Source: an uncultured Elusimicrobiales bacterium | GTDB taxonomy: Bacteria; Elusimicrobiota; Elusimicrobia; Elusimicrobiales; Elusimicrobiaceae | DNA length: 42,163 bases | Direction of reading: 5' to 3' | Assembly: GCA_944325235.1 (NCBI GenBank) | Contig: CALUZE010000001.1 | Location: 1 to 42,163 of the forward strand | Shown: positions 18,564-27,960 of the stretch, piece after piece | How positions within the stretch are numbered: position 1 is the stretch's first letter | Layout: every line of letters begins with the position of its first letter | Made by a program: the position numbers and the translations under genes | Notes under the pieces: generated by a model | The model's input: only the letters and a program-made list of their open reading frames with translations | Databases searched by the model: none | Told to the model about the DNA's origin: nothing

Positions 18564-19310
18564 TCAGCGGAGTATTTTGCGGGCGGCTTCAAACACGTCT
18601 TCCAACGCGCGGAAGATGGGTTTCTCGCCAAAGTGCGGGTCCCACTTCAGTTGGCTTAAGCAGTCGCTCACTACAAATGCCGCCGCGCCTTTGGCTTTGC
18701 GTTTGGCGCATACGGCGTAAAAGGCGGCCGCTTCCATTTCCACGGTCAGCACGTCTTTCTTTTGGTAGTGTTTCACTTCTTCTTTGGTCTCGCGGAAGAT
18801 GGCGTCCGTCGTCCAGTTGCGCCCGATGTGAAAGTTCTTTCCGTCCGCTTTAAGCTGTTTGGCCAGGCGGGAGAGCAGGGCTTTGTTGGGGCGGCTGGTT
18901 TCGCGCGCGGTGTAGCAGGGGGAGGTGCCGTCATCGCAGAGGGCTTCGTCGCACAGGACGATGTCGGCCGGCTGCACTTCTTCCTGCAGCGATCCGGCCA
19001 GCCCGATAAACACAAATTCTTTCACGCCCAGCGCAATTAACACTTCCAGCGCCATGGTCATCCCCGGCGCGCCGGAGCCGAACTGCGTGACGTAGCACAA
19101 ATCTTCGCCTTGCAGGGCGTAGATGTCGGCCTCGCAATTGTATTTTTTGTATTTGGCGTGGCTGTCCACATAGCGGGTAAGGGACGAAATGGGGCACAAA
19201 ATCGCCTTGGAAGGCAGTTTTAGGCCGGCCGCCACATGGCGCACGTAACCGGCGGGGGTGGAAATCTCTTTTAAAGAGGGTTTTTTCGTTTTTGGAAATA
19301 GTAAGGTCAT
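18564..19310 (-). CDS. Nucleoside phosphorylase (uridine phosphorylase/PNP_UDP_1 family)
   Basis: GSGAP, IGLAGSL, DDGTS, WTTDAIFRET, VEMEAAA and VSD motifs. Confidence 0.88.
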   Translation of the reverse strand: MTLLFPKTKKPSLKEISTPAGYVRHVAAGLKLPSKAILCPISSLTRYVDSHAKYKKYNCEADIYALQGEDLCYVTQFGSGAPGMTMALEVLIALGVKEFVFIGLAGSLQEEVQPADIVLCDEALCDDGTSPCYTARETSRPNKALLSRLAKQLKADGKNFHIGRNWTTDAIFRETKEEVKHYQKKDVLTVEMEAAAFYAVCAKRKAKGAAAFVVSDCLSQLKWDPHFGEKPIFRALEDVFEAARKILR

Positions 19311-19387
19311 ATTTTGATAAAATTTACAGGTTGTGCTTTAGCACACTAATACTATACAAAAAAGGAACCGCAAAAGGAACAAGGCTT

Positions 19388-20734
19388 ATGGAACTGATTA
19401 CGCAGGGAGTCGTTCGGTTAAACGCGTTTTTATGGGGTGCGCCGATGTTGGTGCTGATTATCGGCATCAGTGTATATTTTACTTGGAAATTAAAATTTAT
19501 CCAAAAGCATTTGTTCCCTGCCATTTCGCTTTCGTTGGCCAAAAGCCGCAGCGCGGGCGCCGTAAGCAGTTTTGGCGCTTTGGTAATTGCGCTGGCCGCT
19601 ATGGTGGGCACGGGCAACATCGTGGGGGTGGCGGCGGCCGTTTCCACCGGCGGGCCGGGGGCGCTGTTTTGGATGATGCTTTCGGCCTTTTTGGCGATGG
19701 CCACCAAATATGCCGAGGCCGTGCTGGCCGTCAAATATCGCGAAAAAAACGCCGCGGGCGAATATGTGGGCGGGCCAATGTACGTGCTTAAAAACGGATT
19801 GAATATGAAAAAGACCGCCGTCGTGTTTGCCCTGGCCACGGCATTGATGGGGTTTGCCGACGCGCTGATTCAGACCAATTCGCTGGTAGCCATTTACGGG
19901 TCCGTTTTCCGGGCCCCGGCGTGGACGACGACCGTCGTGCTGATTGTATTGACGGCCGCGGTTATTTTGGGCGGCGTGCGCAAAATTGCCGCGTTCTGCA
20001 AATGGCTGGTGCCGTTTATGGCGGTGTTGTACATTGTGCTGTGCCTGGCCGTGATCGTAACCCATTTGGAAAAACTCCCGTGGGCCATTGCGTGCATTTT
20101 TAAAAGCGCTTTTACCGGCACGGCCGTATTAGGCGGCGCGGTGGGCATTACGATAAAAGAAGCGGTGCGCTACGGTGTGTCGCGCGGGGTATTGTCCAAC
20201 GAAGCCGGCAGCGGCAGCGGCGCCATTGCCGCGGCGGCCGCGCAAACGCCCAATTCCGTGCGGCAGGGGCTCATTTCGGCCACGACCGTGTTTTGGGATA
20301 CCTTGGTGATTTGCTTGCTGTCCGGGGTGGCGGTGGTGCTGGCGGGCGATTGGCAGAGCGGCACGCTGTTTGGCGCGCAGTTGGCGGAAAACGCTTTCGG
20401 CACGCTGCCGGGCGGGTCGTTTTTCCTGCTGGCGTCTTTGACGCTGTTTGCTTTTTCCACCTTGGTAGGGTGGAGCTATTACACGGCCAAATCGGTGCAG
20501 TTTTGTTTAGGCGTACAGGTGGAAAAGCCCGTCTATTGGCTGTGGCTTGCAATGATGTGCGCCGGCGGATTTTTAAGCCCCAAGCTGGTGTGGGAATTGG
20601 CCGATACCGCCATTGCGGTGATGTGCGTGCCGAACATTTTGGCGTTGTGGCTGCTGCGCAAAGAAGTGTTTGCCGAAACCCAAACGTACCTGTCCGCGGA
20701 GTTATCTTACGCGCACCGTTTGGAACACAAATAG
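19388..20734 (+). CDS. Alanine/glycine:cation symporter (AgcS family)
   Basis: VGTGNIVGVA, GGPGALFWM, GGPMY, RGVLSNEAGSGS and FAFSTLVGWSYY motifs. Confidence 0.93.
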   Translation: MELITQGVVRLNAFLWGAPMLVLIIGISVYFTWKLKFIQKHLFPAISLSLAKSRSAGAVSSFGALVIALAAMVGTGNIVGVAAAVSTGGPGALFWMMLSAFLAMATKYAEAVLAVKYREKNAAGEYVGGPMYVLKNGLNMKKTAVVFALATALMGFADALIQTNSLVAIYGSVFRAPAWTTTVVLIVLTAAVILGGVRKIAAFCKWLVPFMAVLYIVLCLAVIVTHLEKLPWAIACIFKSAFTGTAVLGGAVGITIKEAVRYGVSRGVLSNEAGSGSGAIAAAAAQTPNSVRQGLISATTVFWDTLVICLLSGVAVVLAGDWQSGTLFGAQLAENAFGTLPGGSFFLLASLTLFAFSTLVGWSYYTAKSVQFCLGVQVEKPVYWLWLAMMCAGGFLSPKLVWELADTAIAVMCVPNILALWLLRKEVFAETQTYLSAELSYAHRLEHK

Positions 20735-20798
20735 GGCGATAAAAAGCCTTTACAAGCCGGTTGTTAGGTGGTATCATTAGTATATAGGCGAGAGAAAA

Positions 20799-21713
20799 AT
20801 GCTCAAAAAATACGAAATTTTAAATAAAAAGCTGACGGAAACCGAATCGGACGCTGCCCAAGTGCTGGTGTACACCAACCCCTCGGTAGAGGAACAGCGC
20901 TATTTGGTGGAATCCTGCCAGATTGACGAACACACCCTCGCCTCTGCCCTGGACCCGGACGAATTGCCCCGCTTGGAATTTGAACCCGAACACATCGTGA
21001 TGATTTACAAACGCCCCAAAAATTATTCCGGCAAAGACCAGCTGGAATTTAAGGTGGCTTCGGTGGGGATGTTTTTGTTTGAAAACAAACTCATCGTGGT
21101 CCTGGCCGAAGACATCCCGCTGTTTGTGGGCAAGCGGTTCCATACGGTATCTTCCATTAAAGAAGTCTTTTTGAAACTGGTGTACAATTCCATTTCCCAC
21201 TACGTGGAACACTTGCGCATTATTCATATGATTTCCGAGGAAATTGAGGATAAAATTACGGAATCTATGGATAACACGTATCTGCTGAACCTGTTCAGCC
21301 TGGTAAAAAGCTTGGTGTACTACGCCGAGGCTATTACTTCCAACGGTTTTGTGTTTGAAAAAGCCCGCAACCTTTCGGCCCGTATCGGCTTTGACGAAAA
21401 AGACGAAGAAATGCTGGACGATATCATCGTGGAAAATATGCAGTGCAAAACCCAGGCGGATATTTATTCCAACATTTTGGCCCAGTTGTTGGATGCGCGT
21501 GCGTCCATCGTAAACAACAATTTAAACCAGCTGATTAAAAAACTAAACGTCATCACCATTTGGATGATGGTGCCTACACTGGTGGTCAGTGCGTACGGGA
21601 TGAACGTGGCGCTGCCGCTTTCCAACCACCCGGACGCTTTTTGGATGTTGATGGGGCTGTGTTTGATTTTGGTGTGGCTGGTGATGATGTTCTGGCGGCA
21701 CAAAAACTGGTAA
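20799..21713 (+). CDS. corA: Magnesium transporter CorA family
   Basis: ALDPDELPRLE; YGMNV signature between two C-terminal TM helices. Confidence 0.9.
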   Translation: MLKKYEILNKKLTETESDAAQVLVYTNPSVEEQRYLVESCQIDEHTLASALDPDELPRLEFEPEHIVMIYKRPKNYSGKDQLEFKVASVGMFLFENKLIVVLAEDIPLFVGKRFHTVSSIKEVFLKLVYNSISHYVEHLRIIHMISEEIEDKITESMDNTYLLNLFSLVKSLVYYAEAITSNGFVFEKARNLSARIGFDEKDEEMLDDIIVENMQCKTQADIYSNILAQLLDARASIVNNNLNQLIKKLNVITIWMMVPTLVVSAYGMNVALPLSNHPDAFWMLMGLCLILVWLVMMFWRHKNW

Positions 21714-21729
21714 TTTTTAACGAACGCAC

Positions 21730-21752
21730 AAGCGGGCTTGGCCCGCTTTTTT
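21730..21752 (+). terminator. Intrinsic terminator
   Basis: AAGCGGGC-TTG-GCCCGCTTTTTT. Confidence 0.75.
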
Positions 21753-21817
21753 AATCTAATCCTTTTTTTCGGGGCGGTTGGATTGGTGCCCCGGAGGCAT
21801 TTTGGTACACTGTATAT

Positions 21818-22381
21818 ATGCAAACTCCCGCTAAACTTCTCGTGTTATCTTGCTGCGCGCCGTGTTCGTGTGCGGCGCTAAAAAAACTGTCGCAGGACGG
21901 GGTGGACGTGACCGTGCTGTTTTACAACCCGAACATCTATCCCGCCGCCGAATACATAAAACGCCGCGACGAACAAAAAAGGCTGTGTGAACGGTTGGGC
22001 GTAAAATTTGCCGAACTGCCCTACGAGCCCGACGTGTGGGACGCGTGCGTGAAAGGGTTGGAAAACGAACCCGAACGCGGCAAACGCTGCTCGGCCTGTT
22101 TTTATTTGCGCCTTAAAAAAGCGGCCGAATACGCCCGCCAACACAAATTTGACGCTTTTGCTTCGGTTTTGGGCGTATCGCCGTATAAGGATTTAAAACA
22201 AGTCAACGAGGCGGCCCGCCGGGCGTGGATTGTCACCGGCAAACCGTATGTGGCCATTAATTGGCGCAAGGGCGGGCTGGAAGAACTGCGCCGCGCGCTG
22301 ATTAAAGAATTTCAACTCTACAAACAAAATTATTGCGGCTGTAAATACAGCCTGCGGAAAAATGAAGAAAAAATGGATTAG
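21818..22381 (+). CDS. queH: Epoxyqueuosine reductase
   Basis: CCAPCS, FYNPNI, PERGKRCSACF and YKQNYCGC motifs. Confidence 0.93.
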   Translation: MQTPAKLLVLSCCAPCSCAALKKLSQDGVDVTVLFYNPNIYPAAEYIKRRDEQKRLCERLGVKFAELPYEPDVWDACVKGLENEPERGKRCSACFYLRLKKAAEYARQHKFDAFASVLGVSPYKDLKQVNEAARRAWIVTGKPYVAINWRKGGLEELRRALIKEFQLYKQNYCGCKYSLRKNEEKMD

Positions 22382-24818
22382 ATGGGTAGCCGCCGGAGTT
22401 GCGGCGGTGTTGTTTTTGTTGGCAGGGGCCGAAACGGGCCTGCGGTGGGCGTCGTCGTCCGATTGGGCGCGCGAATGGGCGCGTCAAAAGGCGGCCGAAA
22501 TGCTCCACCGGGACGTGCGGCTGCAAAAAATGTCGGTCAGCTTCAGCGGCATTAAGCTGGACGGACTGGAAATTGCCGAACCGGGCGGCTTTGAAGAAGG
22601 CACCTTTGTGTCGGCCCAGCGGGTGCGCGTACGCGTGAATTTGCTGGCCCTGCTGCGCAAGCGGCTTGCCGTGCGGGCGTTTATCATTACGCAGGCCGAA
22701 GTGAACCTGGTGCGGCGCGAAGACGGCACGTTTAATTTTGACGGCATTGTCCCCGCGGCCGAAGAAAAACCGAAGGACGAAAAACCGTCCGCCTGGCCGT
22801 TGGACATCACGCTGGACCGCCTGTCCATGCGGGATATGGCCTTGACGTATACCGATTTGCAGCAACACACCCGGGCGGCCGCGTCGGACGTGGCTTTCCA
22901 AATCAGCCAGTTCGGGCTGAAGCAGAAATTTTCGGTGGAAATTAAATCCGTTTTGACGTACGAAACGCAGGGAAAAACCATCAGTGTGCCGGCCGGATTG
23001 CAGGCGCAGGCGTATTTGGAAGGGCTAAATTTGGCCCGTGCGTATGTGGAAGTCGGCCGTTTTACGGCGCAGTATAAGGATGCGTCTTTCACGTTGCGTT
23101 TGCGGGTGGAAGATTTTACCCGCCCGCTGGTGCACGCCGCTTTGCAGCTGGAAAACGTTACCTCGGCCGTAGTGGCCGAATGGATGGACGACGTGCCGGA
23201 GTTTACGCTGCCGGAGCTGTCCGCCGTGGCCGATGCGCGGATTGACCTGCAAGCCCAAAAGGCGGACATCCAACAATTGTCTTTGGAATTGCCGGGCCTG
23301 GAAAGCCAATTCGCGGGCGAGTGGGATTACGCCCGCCAACAACCCAACGATTTTGAAACTTCTTTCACGGTTGACTTGGCCGACATCGCCAAGCTGGTGC
23401 CCCTGTGGGTGGAAGAATACCGCCTGAAAGGGGAACTGACGGGTTCCGCCAGCCAAAAAGAAGGGGCGCTGACGGCCGATGTCGTACTGGAAAACGGAGC
23501 CGGCCGCGTGCCGTACACCGGGGAATTTACCAAAGTGGCGGCGTCGTTCCACGCGCAGGAAAAAGCCGGCCTGACCGAAGGCTCCGCCAGCGGCAGCTTG
23601 AGCGGCCGCCTGAACGGGGACCCGTTTAACGGTTCCCTCACGCTGACGCAGCTGCCCGACGAGTGGAAAGCGGACGTAAAACTGCGTGCGGGCCGCGTGG
23701 CGCTGCCGCCGCTGGCGCAAACGCCGCCGGCCGATGAAACGCTGTTCGTGGCCGATACCAAACTGCCCGTGGCCGAAAAGGCCGCCTGGCCGCTGCCGCC
23801 GGTTTCCGTCAAGGCGGATATTGTGATAGACTCGCTGGATGCCCCGTATATTTACGGGACGGATTTAAACTTCCAGGCCGATTTGACGGGCGTTACGCCG
23901 AATTTAAAAACGACGCACGGAAAACTGCGGCTGGATATGGGCAGCGGGGAAATTAAGGACTTGTACCGCCTGACCAACGCCAACGCCGTGACCAAAATTC
24001 TGTTCCTGTCCGTCAACGTAGTGGGCAAAGTGTTCAACACGATGAACGTGTTTTCCGTGCTGGACGGATTGGGGAGCGGATTACTTAACGTAATCGGTAT
24101 GGGTGCAGCCCCCAAAGAGGCCGATTTGGTGGTGCAAACCGTCACCGATCCGGACGGAACCACGCACCAAATTATGGTGCCGTATACGGACCGGAAAATC
24201 AGCGGGCGGATGGCGTATGACAAATTTTCCACGGATGTGGATTTTAAACAAGGGCTGGCCAATATTCAAAACGGGATATTCGTGTCCGACACGGTTTCCT
24301 TTGCGTTGGATGGCACGACGGACTTTAACAGCGGCAATTTGGATATGACGGTGCAAGCCGCACCCGGCAAACACGAGGCCGACGGCATTATGCCGCTTAC
24401 GTTAAAAATCGGGGGGACGGTGTCCGACCCCAAAGGCAGTATGAGTGTGATCAGCTCCGTATCTTCGCTGGTGACGCAGGGATTAGGTAATAACTTCGCC
24501 AGCCGATCCGTCAAAAAAGGGTTGGGCGGTTTGTTCGGATTATTTAAAAAAGACAAATCCGCTAAGAAAGAAAAACAAACGGACGCAACGCCCGCGGCCC
24601 CGGCCGAAGAAACGCCCGTGCAAACGGACGACCTCGCCGAAACGGGCACGCCCGCACCGGCCGATGTGGCAGGTTCCTCCGTACCGAGTGCAGCCGAGCC
24701 CGCGGCTGATGAAGCCTCGGCAGTGGTGACGGCGCCGACCGTTTCCGAAGCGGCAAAGACGGGGAAAGCCCCCGCCGAAGAAACAACCCCCGATGAGGAG
24801 CCGCCGGCGGAAGAATAG
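22362..24818 (+). CDS. AsmA family protein
   Basis: N-terminal TM anchor, VNLVRREDGTFNF, C-terminal PLTLKIGGTVSDP; acidic Pro/Ala tail. Confidence 0.82.
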   Translation: MKKKWIRWVAAGVAAVLFLLAGAETGLRWASSSDWAREWARQKAAEMLHRDVRLQKMSVSFSGIKLDGLEIAEPGGFEEGTFVSAQRVRVRVNLLALLRKRLAVRAFIITQAEVNLVRREDGTFNFDGIVPAAEEKPKDEKPSAWPLDITLDRLSMRDMALTYTDLQQHTRAAASDVAFQISQFGLKQKFSVEIKSVLTYETQGKTISVPAGLQAQAYLEGLNLARAYVEVGRFTAQYKDASFTLRLRVEDFTRPLVHAALQLENVTSAVVAEWMDDVPEFTLPELSAVADARIDLQAQKADIQQLSLELPGLESQFAGEWDYARQQPNDFETSFTVDLADIAKLVPLWVEEYRLKGELTGSASQKEGALTADVVLENGAGRVPYTGEFTKVAASFHAQEKAGLTEGSASGSLSGRLNGDPFNGSLTLTQLPDEWKADVKLRAGRVALPPLAQTPPADETLFVADTKLPVAEKAAWPLPPVSVKADIVIDSLDAPYIYGTDLNFQADLTGVTPNLKTTHGKLRLDMGSGEIKDLYRLTNANAVTKILFLSVNVVGKVFNTMNVFSVLDGLGSGLLNVIGMGAAPKEADLVVQTVTDPDGTTHQIMVPYTDRKISGRMAYDKFSTDVDFKQGLANIQNGIFVSDTVSFALDGTTDFNSGNLDMTVQAAPGKHEADGIMPLTLKIGGTVSDPKGSMSVISSVSSLVTQGLGNNFASRSVKKGLGGLFGLFKKDKSAKKEKQTDATPAAPAEETPVQTDDLAETGTPAPADVAGSSVPSAAEPAADEASAVVTAPTVSEAAKTGKAPAEETTPDEEPPAEE

Positions 24819-24838
24819 CCCATTCATTTGGCAGACAC

Positions 24839-24870
24839 AAAAAACCCCGGAGCGTTTGCTCCGGGGTTTT
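24839..24870. terminator. Bidirectional intrinsic terminator
   Basis: AAAAACCCCGGAGC...GCTCCGGGGTTTTT. Confidence 0.88.
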
Positions 24871-24873
24871 TGG

Positions 24874-26187
24874 TTATTTGATGATTTCTTTTACAATCTT
24901 GTAAGGGGCGGGTTTTTTCTTGCCGAGTTTTACGGCCTGCTTAAACAGCTCCACCCCGTCGGCCAAGCGTTTTTTGTCGGACGCGTACAGCGTGGCGATG
25001 ACGTCGCCTTTCTTCACGGCGTCGCCGGCTTTTTTGTCCAGCCAAATGCCGGCGCCGTAATCAATGGCGTCTTCCATCGTGTTGCGCCCGGCGCCCAACA
25101 GCACGCCCGCCATACCGGCGGTTTTGGCGTCAATGTGTTCCACGTACCCGTTGGTGTCGGCCTTCAGTTCAAATTTCAATTTTGCATTTTGGAAGTATTT
25201 CACGGGATTGTCCACCGCCTCGGGGCTGGCCCCCTGCCATTTGATCATTTCGCGCAGTTTGGCGGCGGCTTCGCCGTTGGCGATTTTTTCTTCCATCAGG
25301 GCGCGGGCCTTTTTGATGTCTTTTACTTTGCCGCTGATGACCAACATATTGGCGGCTTCTTCAATTAACAATTCATAAAAGTCCGGCGCCAGTTTTTTGT
25401 CGCCTTTCAAAATCAGTACGGTTTGGCGCATTTCGTTGGCGTTGCCGATGGCGCGGCCCAAGGGCTGGTCCATATACGTAATGAGTGCGCGGCATTTGAG
25501 GCCCAACAGTTTGGCCGTGTTCACCAGCGCGCGGGCCAGCTTGCGGCTGTCCGGCAGTTTTTGCATAAACGCGCCGGAGCCGTATTTCACGTCCATTAAC
25601 AGGCTGTCCACGCCTTCGGCATATTTTTTGGAAAGAATGCTCGCCACGATGAGCGGGCGGCTTTCCACGGTGCCGGTGGCGTCGCGCAGGGAATAGAGTT
25701 TTTTGTCGGCGGGGGCCAAGTCCTGCGTTTGGCCAAACATACACACGCCCAGTTTTTGGATTTGGCGGTAGATGAGTTTGACCGGGACGCGCACTTCAAA
25801 ATTTTTCATAGATTCCAGTTTGTCCAGCGTGCCGCCCGTGTGCCCCAGGCCGCGGCCGGACATCATCGGTACGGCTACGCCCGCGCACGCCACCAGCGGC
25901 GCCAGCGCCATGGAAATGCCGTCCCCTACGCCGCCCGTGGAGTGTTTATCCACCGTCGGCATTTTGACGGACGAAAAATCCAACCGTCCGCCCGAATGGG
26001 CCATGGCCTTGGTGAACATAGCGGTTTCTTTATCGGAAAGGGGGCGCAAAAAACACGCCATTAAAAAAGCGGAAAGCTGATAGTCTGGCACGGTGCCTTT
26101 GGCGGCGCCTTGTGCAACAAAGTTGAATTCTTCCTGCGTGAGGGTCTTGCCGTTGCGTTTCTTGATGATGACATCAATCATTCTCAT
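24874..26187 (-). CDS. pdp: Pyrimidine-nucleoside/thymidine phosphorylase
   Basis: DKHSTGGVGD, SGRGLGHTGGTLDKLE and LGAGR motifs; start MRMIDVI after GGAGG-like RBS. Confidence 0.93.
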   Translation of the reverse strand: MRMIDVIIKKRNGKTLTQEEFNFVAQGAAKGTVPDYQLSAFLMACFLRPLSDKETAMFTKAMAHSGGRLDFSSVKMPTVDKHSTGGVGDGISMALAPLVACAGVAVPMMSGRGLGHTGGTLDKLESMKNFEVRVPVKLIYRQIQKLGVCMFGQTQDLAPADKKLYSLRDATGTVESRPLIVASILSKKYAEGVDSLLMDVKYGSGAFMQKLPDSRKLARALVNTAKLLGLKCRALITYMDQPLGRAIGNANEMRQTVLILKGDKKLAPDFYELLIEEAANMLVISGKVKDIKKARALMEEKIANGEAAAKLREMIKWQGASPEAVDNPVKYFQNAKLKFELKADTNGYVEHIDAKTAGMAGVLLGAGRNTMEDAIDYGAGIWLDKKAGDAVKKGDVIATLYASDKKRLADGVELFKQAVKLGKKKPAPYKIVKEIIK

Positions 26188-26316
26188 AGTTTGCTGCCTC
26201 CTTTTCCCCGTAAGAGGGGGTGAATTCCAGCATATCATTTTCCGGCGGAAAAGAGAACCCCTCCCGGCGGATAAATATGGGAAAGCGGTGCGGTGTGATT
26301 TTTTTAAAAAATCCCG

Positions 26317-26336
26317 CCTGGCCTGCAAGCGGGATG
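26317..26336 (-). terminator. Probable intrinsic terminator of the upstream hypothetical gene
   Basis: ATCCCGC...GCGGGAT stem (about 26321-26335) with a T run on the minus strand. Confidence 0.55.
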
Positions 26337-26343
26337 ATACCAA

Positions 26344-27774
26344 TTATTTTCCGTCGTTCAAGGCCAGTTCTTCGCGGATGTTTTGGATATCGCTTTGCGT
26401 TTGGTTAATCAATTTTTGCAAACGCGCTTTGCGCGCCGCCACAAAGGACCACGCCGCCATATATTCCGGCATATCGTGGGCGGCGTCCCGGGGATTTTTG
26501 GCCTGTTTGTCTACCAGCTTTTTCATGTGGTTCAGCTGATATTGGGCGTTTATCAATTGCTGCAAGCGGGTATTCAGCACATTCAGGCGGGCCTGCAACG
26601 TGCGGATGCGTTTGTTTTGCGCGTCAAACAAGAACATACCGACCGAACTTTTCCTTTTCATATCTCCGTTAGGCCAGATGACTTGTTTGTGATTGCGGAC
26701 CCAGGTTAATTTATTTAATATTTTTTGGGAAGTTTCATCTTTTAAGGAATTATTTAGCAGCCACAAGGCGGCCTTCGGTTCCAAGTACGTTGCGGCGCTC
26801 AGCACGGCTTGGGCTTTTTTGGCCGGCAGATAGACGGATGTTTGCATAAACAATTCAAAATCGTTTTCCGACCAGGAGCCGCTCTTAATCAATTGATTTA
26901 ACAGGCGTCTTTGCACGGTGTAGGCATATTGGCGCAGCGAATCGTTGGCTTGGGGCAGGGCGCCGGCGTCGTAGGAAACGGAGGGAATTTCGTTAAATAC
27001 ATACATATATAATTGGACGAAGTTATGCGACAGGACGGACGCGGCTTCGTCAATCAGCATAATAAACGTTTGTTTTTGCTCGGTGGATAGCGTTTTTTCC
27101 TGCAGGATAAAGTCGTACACGTCCGACATGGATTTTTCGGGCTGTTCGGTCAGTTTTTCCATGACTTCTTGGGAAATATAATGCGGGTCGCCGGGATTTT
27201 CGGAAAGTTTTACAGGCGTTACGCGTACCTGGTCCCAATTAGGCGTCCCCCAGGAAAAAGACGGCTTTTTGCCTTTTAAAATTTGTTCCCACATCTGGCG
27301 GGATACCGTTTGCGATTGCAGCATTTTGTTGGCGTCCCACTTCAGCATTTTGGAGGGGATATCCGGCCGCGGCTTTTCGGCAAGGATTTTGCCCAATACG
27401 CGGCTTTCGTGCTGCAAAATTTGGTTGAGTTGCTGGCGGTAAAGTTCTTTGTCTTTCAAGGGCGCGTTGACCGCGGGCTGTTGGGGCAGGGGCAGGCCCA
27501 GCATTTTTAAATGGGCGGCCGTGGTGGTAAAATCTTGGGAAACGACCCAGCCCGGGTTTTGGTATAGGGCGCGGCGGACTTCTTCTATAGCGCTGTAGCG
27601 GTTGCGCAGGGCCTGTATTTGTACGGAGGATAAACTGTTAGAGGCAAAATTTCCAGGTGCCGTAAAGGAAGATTTCAATAATTGGTTTAAGCTTTGGGTG
27701 GGCATTTGGGCCGCCGCGGTGCCGGCTGCCAATAAACAACCCAGCAACAGGCCCAAACAAGAAAAATTTTTCAT
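26344..27774 (-). CDS. Hypothetical secreted protein with C-terminal coiled coil
   Basis: 476 aa; signal peptide ending AAA-Q; AAGGAG RBS; no recognisable family. Confidence 0.78.
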   Translation of the reverse strand: MKNFSCLGLLLGCLLAAGTAAAQMPTQSLNQLLKSSFTAPGNFASNSLSSVQIQALRNRYSAIEEVRRALYQNPGWVVSQDFTTTAAHLKMLGLPLPQQPAVNAPLKDKELYRQQLNQILQHESRVLGKILAEKPRPDIPSKMLKWDANKMLQSQTVSRQMWEQILKGKKPSFSWGTPNWDQVRVTPVKLSENPGDPHYISQEVMEKLTEQPEKSMSDVYDFILQEKTLSTEQKQTFIMLIDEAASVLSHNFVQLYMYVFNEIPSVSYDAGALPQANDSLRQYAYTVQRRLLNQLIKSGSWSENDFELFMQTSVYLPAKKAQAVLSAATYLEPKAALWLLNNSLKDETSQKILNKLTWVRNHKQVIWPNGDMKRKSSVGMFLFDAQNKRIRTLQARLNVLNTRLQQLINAQYQLNHMKKLVDKQAKNPRDAAHDMPEYMAAWSFVAARKARLQKLINQTQSDIQNIREELALNDGK

Positions 27775-27833
27775 ACGCGCTCCTTATGAATGTTCCTTAA
27801 TAATAGCATAGAAAAGCTATTCCGTCCAGACAA

Positions 27834-27894
27834 GGGGCTTTGGACCCAGAACAAGGCGGGACTTTTTGCCCGCGGCGTCTAGGCCTTTTTGGCC
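27834..27894. promoter_or_regulatory. Three degenerate GGGNC-N4-GNCCC boxes in a divergent intergenic region
   Basis: GGGGCTTTGGACCC (27834), GGGACTTTTTGCCC (27858), AGGCCTTTTTGGCC (27881); period 24/23 bp. Confidence 0.5.
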
Positions 27895-27960
27895 GCAAAG
27901 CGGTTTTGCCGGCAGTTTAGATTTGATATCATATACTTACCAAGCTATTTTGGAGGAACT

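Noticed and set aside
19311-19387. Glycine riboswitch or T-box ahead of the AgcS symporter
   Set aside because: The 77-bp spacer is too short and lacks the consensus. Only a short AAAAGGAAC direct repeat is present, which is insufficient to call.
24560-24818. Pro/Ala/Glu-rich AsmA tail with repeated PAEE(T)
   Set aside because: Low-complexity disordered tail with no regular DNA tandem repeat; common.
27834-27894. CRISPR mini-array interpretation of the spaced repeats
   Set aside because: Units are 14 bp with ~9-10 bp gaps, degenerate, and no cas genes are present.
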